From Caedimonas varicaedens (GTDB taxonomy: Bacteria > Pseudomonadota > Alphaproteobacteria > Caedimonadales > Caedimonadaceae), in assembly GCA_001192655.1 (NCBI GenBank), contig BBVC01000075.1, positions 1 through 5,431 of the forward strand: DNA of 5,431 nucleotides, in the 5' to 3' direction. The notes under the pieces are model-generated. The model made no database searches. It saw only the letters and a program-made list of their open reading frames with translations, and had not been told where the DNA came from. Positions within the stretch are counted from its first letter, which is position 1, and each line of letters starts with the position of its first letter. Below, piece after piece: positions 1 to 5,431 of the stretch. The position numbers were made by a program, and so were the translations under genes.

Positions 1-610
1 GTGTGATGACAATTCCCTTATTTTCCTGGGATAAAAGTTTTTTTAAAAGAAGCGTAGAACGAGGTGTAGTCGTGATAATGATTTTTGGAGCAGTCCCTAA
101 TCTGAGAGAAAAATGAAGCTGTTCCCATATTTTTTCAGGCATTCGGAATTTAGCCAACTCATCGATCCACGCACAATCAAATTGGGGGCCTCTCAACTTT
201 TCAGGATTCTCAGCACTGTAAAGAGTGGCAACAGCGCCATTTCCCCACGTTAATCGCCGTTTGGAAGGTTCAAAAAGAGGACATTCTGCGTGGGGATGTA
301 CTGCAAGTAATCCGCTCTCTCCCTCGATCATGATCTCTCTGGCATCACTTTCTGTATCTCCAATAAGAGCAACGCGACGATAACCTCTCTGCATCACCCA
401 TTGACGGATGGTTTCTGCTCCTGTTCTTGTTTTTCCAAAGCCTCGCCCTGCTAAAATAAGCCATGTATGCCAGTTTCCTTCAGGGATTCTTTGACCGGGT
501 CGAGCCGCCCTATCCCACCCGTATTTCTTTTCCAGAACAGATCGATCATTTAGTTCTTGATTAATCCGTTTTTTTATCTCTTTAATGAGCAAATTACGTG
601 ACTTTGTCAT
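1..610 (-). CDS. Large terminase subunit, N-terminal ATPase region (RcGTA g2 / COG5323-type phage DNA-packaging protein). The start codon is in the window and the 3' part runs off the left edge.
   Basis: Not in the ORF track because there is no in-window stop. Hand translation of the minus strand from ATG at 610..608 gives 203 codons with no stop: MTKSRNLLIKEIKKRINQELNDRSVLEKKYGWDRAARPGQRIPEGNWHTWLILAGRGFGKTRTGAETIRQWVMQRGYRRVALIGDTESDAREIMIEGESGLLAVHPHAECPLFEPSKRRLTWGNGAVATLYSAENPEKLRGPQFDCAWIDELAKFRMPEKIWEQLHFSLRLGTAPKIIITTTPRSTLLLKKLLSQENKGIVIT. It has a Walker A motif (GRGFGKT) and a Walker B-like motif (CAWIDE). The blocks WxTWLxLxGRGxGKTRxGAE, GESG, WxNGAVA, LRGPQFD and TTTP match my recollection of alphaproteobacterial GTA-type TerL. 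A strong Shine-Dalgarno AAGGAGAG (minus strand, 624..617) lies 6 nt upstream of the ATG. Confidence 0.85.
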   Translation of the reverse strand, partial: MTKSRNLLIKEIKKRINQELNDRSVLEKKYGWDRAARPGQRIPEGNWHTWLILAGRGFGKTRTGAETIRQWVMQRGYRRVALIGDTESDAREIMIEGESGLLAVHPHAECPLFEPSKRRLTWGNGAVATLYSAENPEKLRGPQFDCAWIDELAKFRMPEKIWEQLHFSLRLGTAPKIIITTTPRSTLLLKKLLSQENKGIVIT

Positions 611-675
611 AACTGACTCTCCTTTGATTTTATGATGAATATTTTTCCCACAGAAGAGACAGTTATTTTTCAGAT
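611..675. promoter_or_regulatory. Short divergent intergenic region between the terminase gene and metG. It contains the terminase ribosome-binding site and presumably both promoters.
   Basis: Only about 65-80 nt separate the two divergent start codons. AAGGAGAG lies on the minus strand at 617..624. A TTGATT (-35-like) hexamer sits at 624..629 on the plus strand, but I found no well-spaced -10, so the promoters themselves are not located. Confidence 0.4.
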
Positions 676-2223
676 TTGAAAGTTATGAGGATGAATACGC
701 AAAAATACTATGTGACAACACCTATTTATTACGTCAATGATGTTCCTCATATTGGTCATGCTTATACCACGATTGCAGCGGATGTGCTGGCGCGCTTCAA
801 GCGTCTGGACGGCTATGATGTGTTTTTTATGACAGGCACCGATGAGCATGGACAAAAAGTAGAAAAAGCAGCCCAACAGGCCGGATTAAGCCCGAAAGAG
901 CTGGTCGACAGAGTCTCGCAGGCGTTTCAAAACCTTTATCCTATCCTGGATGCTTCTCCTGATGTATTTATGCGTACCACAGAAAAGCGTCATATCCATG
1001 CTGCACAAACCCTGTGGAAAAAACTCGAAGAAAAAGGACATATCTACAAATCTGTCTATGCAGGATGGTATGCTATCCGCGACGAAGCTTTTTATGGTGA
1101 GAAGGAATTAATTGACGGAAAAGCGCCTACAGGTGCCCCTGTAGAATGGATTGAAGAACCCAGTTACTTTTTTCGTCTTTCCGCCTGGCAAGAACCTCTT
1201 TTAAAATTCTATCAAGGAAATCCAGACTTTATTTCTCCTGCCTCGCGCCGCAATGAAGTGATTCGTTTTGTTGAAGGTGGCTTGCGCGATCTGTCCGTCT
1301 CTCGATCTGCTCTCAAGTGGGGTGTACCTGTCCCATCAGACGAAAGCCATGTCATGTATGTGTGGCTGGATGCACTGACTGTTTACCTCACAGCTCTTGG
1401 TTACCCCGATGATTTTTCTGAAGAGCGCCAGAAATTGTGGTCAGAATCACTCCATTTGGTCGGAAAAGATATTCTCAGATTCCATGCCGTGTATTGGCCT
1501 GCCTTTTTATTGGCAGCAGGTCTGAATCCTCCCAAAAAAGTCTTTGCTCATGGCTGGTGGACTCAATCTGGAGAAAAAATGTCAAAATCCCTTGGGAATG
1601 TGATTGATCCTGTTGATCTCATTGCTCAATATGGCTCAGATCAAATCCGCTACTTTCTTGTCCGTGAAGTGCCTTTTGGTCAGGACGGTGATTTCTCGGA
1701 AACGGCGTTCATCAGGCGTATCAATTCAGATTTGGCCAATGATTTCGGAAATCTGTCCCAGCGTGTCCTCTCTTTTATCCAAAAGAATGCAGAAGCGATG
1801 ATTCCTGTGCCAGCGATCTTTACAAAAGAAGATGAGGAACTTCTGGACGCTGCGCGCCAAATGATTGACAAGCTGCGAAAACACGCAGATGAACAGGCGT
1901 TGTCCAGGATGTGCGAGGTATTATGGGAGACTGTAGGACTGGCCAATCGTTATATCGACGGGCAAGAACCCTGGACTCTGAAAAAAACAAATCCCCAACG
2001 CATGAAGACTGTTTTGTATGTGCTGGCTGAAGTTTTGAGATATCTGGGTATTCTCTCTTCTCCCATTATTCCAAAAGCAGCAAAAAAACTACTGGCTCAG
2101 CTTAACATCCCTGAAGATCAACAAACGATTTCATCGTTGGAAAAACATCTGCTTGCGACGGGTTCCAAACTCCCTATCCCTGAAGGACTTTTTCCCCGCG
2201 TTCAAACGGAGATTATACAATGA
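676..2223 (+). CDS. metG: Methionyl-tRNA synthetase (class I), short monomeric form without a C-terminal Trbp111/EMAP-like domain.
   Basis: 515-aa ORF. The N-terminus YYVTTPIYYVNDVPHIGHAYTT carries the HIGH motif (nt 748..759). The KMSKS motif is at nt 1576..1590. Typical MetRS blocks are present: FFMTGTDEHGQKV, YFFRLS, VWLDAL, GKDILRFHAVYWPAFL. Position 676 is a TTG. In-frame ATGs at 685 and 691 are alternative starts, and 691 would give MNTQKYYVTTP, which resembles the short N-termini I recall for this MetRS type. Confidence 0.97.
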   Translation: MKVMRMNTQKYYVTTPIYYVNDVPHIGHAYTTIAADVLARFKRLDGYDVFFMTGTDEHGQKVEKAAQQAGLSPKELVDRVSQAFQNLYPILDASPDVFMRTTEKRHIHAAQTLWKKLEEKGHIYKSVYAGWYAIRDEAFYGEKELIDGKAPTGAPVEWIEEPSYFFRLSAWQEPLLKFYQGNPDFISPASRRNEVIRFVEGGLRDLSVSRSALKWGVPVPSDESHVMYVWLDALTVYLTALGYPDDFSEERQKLWSESLHLVGKDILRFHAVYWPAFLLAAGLNPPKKVFAHGWWTQSGEKMSKSLGNVIDPVDLIAQYGSDQIRYFLVREVPFGQDGDFSETAFIRRINSDLANDFGNLSQRVLSFIQKNAEAMIPVPAIFTKEDEELLDAARQMIDKLRKHADEQALSRMCEVLWETVGLANRYIDGQEPWTLKKTNPQRMKTVLYVLAEVLRYLGILSSPIIPKAAKKLLAQLNIPEDQQTISSLEKHLLATGSKLPIPEGLFPRVQTEIIQ

Positions 2224-2927
2224 ATAAATGGATTGTCGGCAATTGGAAGATGAATGGAATGATGAGTTCATGTCGTGATTTGGCAGCTGGACTTGTGACC
2301 CTGGAGCAAGAAAAACCTGTCCGCGCGACAGTAGTCGTTTGTCCTCCTTATCCTTACCTGGGTGTTGTCGCACTTCGCCTGATGGATTCATCTCTTCACC
2401 TGGGGGGGCAGGATTGCTCGGCTCATGAAGCTGGCGCCTTTACTGGACAAGTCAGCGCCAAGATGCTGAAAGATCTTTCCTGTGGATATGTGATCGTCGG
2501 TCATTCTGAACGGCGCGCACAACTCAATGAAAACAATGATCTGATTCGTCAAAAAGCCCAACAATCTCTGGCAGCGAGTCTGACACCAATCATTTGTGTC
2601 GGAGAAAATCTTGAAGAACGGGAAACAGGAAAAGCCATTGATGTGGTTCTCTCCCAAGTCCAGCAAGCTGTTCCCAAAGGGAAATGCCTGATTGCGTACG
2701 AGCCCGTTTGGGCGATTGGAACAGGCAAAACGCCTAACGCTTCCCAGATCGGAGAAATCCATCAGATGATTGCCCGACAAAACCCTGGAACTCCTATTTT
2801 ATACGGTGGCTCAGTTAAATCCAGTAACGCTTCTGAAATTCTGGCCATCCCTCACGTTCATGGACTGCTTGTGGGGGGTGCCAGCCTGGATACTGCTGAG
2901 TTCTGGAAAATTGCCGAAGCAGCTTAA
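2220..2927 (+). CDS. tpiA: Triosephosphate isomerase
   Basis: 235-aa ORF with the catalytic signature blocks VGNWKMNG (Asn/Lys), VGHSERR (His) and AYEPVWAIGTGKT (Glu), plus the phosphate-binding YGGSV and LVGGASL. GGAG at 2208..2211 lies 8 nt upstream of the ATG. The ATG (2220..2222) overlaps the metG TGA (2221..2223). Confidence 0.97.
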   Translation: MNKWIVGNWKMNGMMSSCRDLAAGLVTLEQEKPVRATVVVCPPYPYLGVVALRLMDSSLHLGGQDCSAHEAGAFTGQVSAKMLKDLSCGYVIVGHSERRAQLNENNDLIRQKAQQSLAASLTPIICVGENLEERETGKAIDVVLSQVQQAVPKGKCLIAYEPVWAIGTGKTPNASQIGEIHQMIARQNPGTPILYGGSVKSSNASEILAIPHVHGLLVGGASLDTAEFWKIAEAA

Positions 2928-3021
2928 AGTAAGAGTTCTTATCGGGATTTGATTGATTTAGCATTCAATAAACTTTAATCTGAATGAGATATTCAACAAA
3001 ATTCTTTGGCATGATAACCAC

Positions 3022-4038
3022 ATGAACCAGAAAAAAATAGTTTTGGGCGTTACCGCAAGCGCTATTTTAGGGCTTATCTTGGTGTTTTTTTATCTTACCT
3101 ACTGGCGGTATATTGAAACTACTGATAACGCTTATATTCAGGCTGATATCAGTGTGATGAGTGCTAAAATTACAGGATATGTTCAGGATATCCCTATTGC
3201 TGAAAATCAGCCTGTAAAAAAGGGTGACTTACTCTTGACCATCAAGCCCTTGGAGTTTAGCGCCAGAGTAAAGGAAGCAGATGCCTCTATTGAACTGGCG
3301 AAAGCAAGTTTGAGGAATGTGAATGCCCGTCTTGAATTGCAAAGTTCAAAAATCAGAGAAGCCCAGGCCAATATAGAAGACGCTCAAGCCGAGTTACAGC
3401 GTGCAAAAAAAGATTATGACCGCACTGTTGATTTGGTAAAAAGTAATATCATGAGCCAAAAGCAGCTAGACCAGGCCGACGCCGCCTATCTAAAAGCGGC
3501 AGCTTCTCTTAAAAGCACAACCGCGGCTTATGAAGCTGCCCAACAACAGATTCCTGTTTTGAAGACTGAATATCAACAAAACGAAGCCAAACTAGCACAA
3601 GTCCAATCCCAAAAACTTGTTGCTCAGGATGATTTGAATAATACCAGAATTTTGGCTCCAATCGATGGGATTATTGGGAACAAAATCGTTCAGTCAGGAC
3701 AACTTGTACGCCCCGGACAACAACTTCTTTCTGTCGTTCCCTGCAACCCTTATATTTATGCGAATTTTAAGGAAACACAACTGGCACGCATGAAGAAAGG
3801 CCAAAAGGCGAAAATCACCGTTGATGCTTATTCCGGTCAGCTATTTTCCGGTCATATCGACAGCCTTTCACCCGCCAGCGGCGCTGTTTTCAGCCTTCTT
3901 CCCCCTGAAAATGCCACAGGAAATTTCACAAAAATTGTTCAGAGAATACCCATAAAAATTGTATTTGACGATCTTCCAAGCTGTTATTTTATTCGACCTG
4001 GCATGTCAGTGGTTGTCAAGATTGATACAAGGGAATAA
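3022..4038 (+). CDS. emrA: HlyD-family periplasmic adaptor (membrane fusion protein) of an EmrAB-type MFS efflux pump.
   Basis: 338-aa ORF. It has one N-terminal TM helix (VLGVTASAILGLILVFFYLTYW) followed by the TDNAYIQADI motif typical of EmrA/HlyD_D23 proteins. A long Ala/Gln/Lys-rich coiled-coil hairpin region follows, then I(L)APIDGIIG and the C-terminal beta-barrel block NFTKIVQRIPIKI. It sits 8 nt upstream of an EmrB-like permease. No obvious SD precedes the ATG at 3022. Confidence 0.9.
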   Translation: MNQKKIVLGVTASAILGLILVFFYLTYWRYIETTDNAYIQADISVMSAKITGYVQDIPIAENQPVKKGDLLLTIKPLEFSARVKEADASIELAKASLRNVNARLELQSSKIREAQANIEDAQAELQRAKKDYDRTVDLVKSNIMSQKQLDQADAAYLKAAASLKSTTAAYEAAQQQIPVLKTEYQQNEAKLAQVQSQKLVAQDDLNNTRILAPIDGIIGNKIVQSGQLVRPGQQLLSVVPCNPYIYANFKETQLARMKKGQKAKITVDAYSGQLFSGHIDSLSPASGAVFSLLPPENATGNFTKIVQRIPIKIVFDDLPSCYFIRPGMSVVVKIDTRE

Positions 4039-4046
4039 TCGAATTA

Positions 4047-5330
4047 ATGGCGTCTCTTTCTCTGCCTGCCGATTCAAGACCTCTCACTTCTAAAGACTGG
4101 ATTGCTTTTTCAGCCATGACATTTGGTATGTTTATGGCGATTTTGGATATTCAAATTGTTTCAAGCTCACTCAGTGAAATTCAGGCAGGCGTCTCAGCCA
4201 GTGCTGATGAAATCGTTTGGGTGCAAAGCTCTTATTTAATTGCTGAAGTGATTATGATTCCTTTCTCAGGATTTCTTTCTCGTGTTTTTTCCACACGCGT
4301 TTTATTTGCAGTCTCGTGTTTCGGATTTACGATTGCCAGCTTTATGTGTGCCCTTTCAGAGAGTTTAAATTCACTGATTTTCTTTCGAGCCTGTCAGGGA
4401 TTTATTGGTGGCGCCATGATTCCCACTGTTTTTGCTACAAGCTTTATCATATTTCCTCCTGAAAAAAGATCGACCGTTATTGTTTTAACCAGCCTGGTCG
4501 CCACAATGGCCCCGACTCTGGGACCCACAGTAGGTGGATATCTTACGGATACTCTCAGTTGGCACTGGTTGTTTCTCATTAACATTTTTCCCGGAATAAT
4601 GGTCACAACCGTTGTGTGGTTTCTCGTTGATTTTGATAAACCCGATTACAGTCTTTTAAAGGGATTTGACTTTGCGGGTTTATTTTTTATGGCTCTATTC
4701 CTAGGAAGTCTTGAATATATTTTGGAAGAGGGTCCGCGCAATCAATGGTTTGAAGATTCGAGCATTACCTTTTTCTTTTACATGACTCTTTTGGGGGGGA
4801 TCGGATTTTTTATGCGCATCCTGTTATATTATAACCCTATCGTCGACATCCGTGCTTTCAAGGACGCCAATTTTGCCTTTGGAACGCTCTTTAGTTTTGC
4901 TTTAGGTATTGGCTTGTATGGGCTTGTTTACCTTTTGCCTTTATATTTGGCAATTGTGCGCGGATTTGATGCCCTACAAATCGGTTTAATGCTGTTTGTC
5001 ACAGGCATGTTTCAATTTATGGCAGGTCCCATAGTAGGACTTTTATCAAAAAAAATAGATCTAAGAATCTTGCTTTCCGCAGGATTCTTTATGTTTGCCA
5101 CGAATTCTTATTTATGCAGCTTTATCACTGCCGATTTTGGTTTTAGGGAATTATTTATCCCTCAAGCCTTAAGAGGCGTTTCCTTAATGCTTTGCTTTAT
5201 CCCTATTAATATCCTTGCATTGGGAACATTACCTAAAGAAAAAGTCAAGAACGCATCAGGACTTTATAATACGGCACGAAATCTGGGAGGCGCTATCGGA
5301 CTTGCACTGATTATAGCTAACAACATATAA
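4047..5330 (+). CDS. emrB: EmrB/QacA-type (DHA2, 14-TMS family) MFS efflux permease. It appears 3'-truncated (427 aa versus about 510 aa expected) and is likely inactivated.
   Basis: It is colinear with my recollection of E. coli EmrB across several blocks: LDIQIV (N-terminal TM1 block), GFLSRVFSTRVLF (loop 2-3), FFRACQGFIGGAMIP, PPEKRS, APTLGPTVGGYL, WHWLFLIN, NPIVDIRAFKDANF and the LGTLP.E...ASGLYNTARNLGGAIG block. In EmrB that last block lies about 95 residues before the C-terminus. Here the ORF stops 10 codons after it (..LALIIANNI*), directly abutting an IS630-type transposase tail. Confidence 0.88.
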   Translation: MASLSLPADSRPLTSKDWIAFSAMTFGMFMAILDIQIVSSSLSEIQAGVSASADEIVWVQSSYLIAEVIMIPFSGFLSRVFSTRVLFAVSCFGFTIASFMCALSESLNSLIFFRACQGFIGGAMIPTVFATSFIIFPPEKRSTVIVLTSLVATMAPTLGPTVGGYLTDTLSWHWLFLINIFPGIMVTTVVWFLVDFDKPDYSLLKGFDFAGLFFMALFLGSLEYILEEGPRNQWFEDSSITFFFYMTLLGGIGFFMRILLYYNPIVDIRAFKDANFAFGTLFSFALGIGLYGLVYLLPLYLAIVRGFDALQIGLMLFVTGMFQFMAGPIVGLLSKKIDLRILLSAGFFMFATNSYLCSFITADFGFRELFIPQALRGVSLMLCFIPINILALGTLPKEKVKNASGLYNTARNLGGAIGLALIIANNI

Positions 5331-5431
5331 AACGGTCATATTTTATTATCCTGAAATAATTGCTCGATAGAACACCTTTTTTTGCGTCTAATTGCTTTTG
5401 CTTGTGCCCATTTATGCTCGATGGGATTAAA
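5312..5431 (-). mobile_element. One end of an IS630-family insertion sequence (partial). The exact terminus is not resolved and lies somewhere in about 5312..5335.
   Basis: The transposase stop is at 5336..5338, and IS630-family ORFs end close to the terminal inverted repeat. EmrB-like sequence is lost within about 10 codons upstream. Candidate TA target dinucleotides are at 5312-5313, 5314-5315, 5318-5319, 5326-5327 and 5328-5329. The inverted repeat cannot be defined without the other end. Confidence 0.65.
5336..5431 (-). CDS. IS630/Tc1-mariner-family DDE transposase, C-terminal 31 codons plus stop. The rest lies beyond the right edge.
   Basis: Not in the ORF track. Hand translation of the minus strand from 5431 gives FNPIEHKWAQAKAIRRKKRCSIEQLFQDNKI*, with the stop TGA equal to tca at 5336..5338. 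(L)NPIE..W...K is the conserved block around the catalytic E/D of DDE_3 (IS630-like) transposases. That block normally lies 30-40 residues before the C-terminus, as it does here. Confidence 0.8.
   Translation of the reverse strand, partial: FNPIEHKWAQAKAIRRKKRCSIEQLFQDNKI

Noticed and set aside
611-675. Searched the terminase/metG divergent region for a CtrA-type box (TTAA-N7-TTAA), as expected upstream of some GTA clusters
   Set aside because: No TTAA half-sites are present in this spacer, so no claim can be made.
670-876. 68-aa minus-strand ORF overlapping the metG start
   Set aside because: It is entirely antisense to the most conserved N-terminal (HIGH) region of metG. It has no recognisable motifs and is Cys/His/Arg-rich shadow-frame sequence.
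1054-1180. The MetRS connective-peptide region has no Cys (YAGWYAIRDEAFYGEKELIDGKAPTGAPVEW), so it carries no zinc knuckle, and the protein lacks a C-terminal tRNA-binding appendix
   Set aside because: Zinc-free, short-form MetRS variants are a known subclass, so this is descriptive rather than novel.
1604-1946. Track ORFs 1604..1801 (+, 65 aa) and 1680..1946 (-, 88 aa) inside metG
   Set aside because: These are alternative-frame or antisense shadows of a strongly supported CDS, Ser/Arg-rich with no motifs or RBS.
2930-2941. Small palindrome TAAGA-GT-TCTTA just after the tpiA stop, a possible terminator
   Set aside because: It has a 5-bp AT-rich stem, a 2-nt loop and no following T-tract, so it is not a credible intrinsic terminator.
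2131-2952. Track ORFs 2131..2391 (-), 2388..2780 (-, 130 aa) and 2770..2952 (+, 60 aa) overlapping tpiA
   Set aside because: All lie within or antisense to tpiA, whose frame carries every catalytic signature. None has a recognisable domain or a plausible RBS, and the 130-aa length is within what an antisense frame can give by chance.
2947-2960. GATT mini-repeat (gatttgattgattt) in the tpiA-emrA spacer
   Set aside because: It is only about 3 short units of low-complexity AT-rich sequence. It is too short to call a repeat or an operator, and is mentioned only as the source of -35-like hexamers.
2971-3018. 15-codon minus-strand mini-ORF (MPKNFVEYLIQIKVY*) and a 4-codon plus-strand ORF (3011..3025) in or overlapping the emrA leader
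   Set aside because: They are too short, lack an RBS and have no conservation evidence, so they are indistinguishable from chance.
4394-4606. 70-aa minus-strand ORF inside emrB
   Set aside because: It is an antisense shadow of a conserved MFS region (GGAMIP..APTLGPTVGGY) with no independent support.
1981-5055. Homopolymer runs inside CDSs: A7 at 1981..1987 in metG, A7 at 3031..3037 in emrA, A8 at 5048..5055 in emrB. T7 runs also occur at 38..44, 569..575 and 5377..5383. These could be slippage or phase-variation sites.
   Set aside because: All reading frames are intact across them, and such runs are expected in AT-leaning genomes with Lys/Phe-rich proteins. There is no evidence of frameshifting.
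1-5431. Scan for CRISPR repeats, tRNA/rRNA genes or long direct or inverted repeats
   Set aside because: By eye I found no regularly spaced repeats, no cloverleaf-like GC-rich segments in the short intergenic regions and no rRNA-like sequence. A computational repeat/tRNA scan (for example tRNAscan-SE, or a self dot-plot) would be needed for certainty.

Overview
This is a 5.4 kb window from an AT-leaning bacterial genome, probably an alphaproteobacterium (inferred from the terminase type). Left to right:

(1) 1..610 (-): the 5' part of a large-terminase gene of the RcGTA g2 / COG5323 type. It is absent from the supplied ORF track because it runs off the left edge. I found it by translating the minus strand by hand.

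(2) 676..2223 (+): metG, a short-form class I methionyl-tRNA synthetase, transcribed divergently from the terminase.

(3) 2220..2927 (+): tpiA, overlapping the metG stop in an ATGA junction.

(4) 3022..4038 (+): an EmrA-like HlyD-family periplasmic adaptor.

(5) 4047..5330 (+): an EmrB-like DHA2 MFS permease that ends roughly 85-95 codons short of the family norm.

(6) 5336..5431 (-): the last 31 codons plus stop of an IS630/Tc1-mariner-type DDE transposase. This is also missing from the ORF track and most simply explains the emrB truncation.

I saw no rRNA, tRNA, CRISPR array or convincing intrinsic terminator. All other ORFs in the track are alternative-frame or antisense shadows of these genes. 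I see no convincing evidence for an undescribed multi-gene system inside the window. The core is housekeeping genes plus an efflux pair, and the points worth following up are the two mobile or phage-like gene fragments at the window edges.
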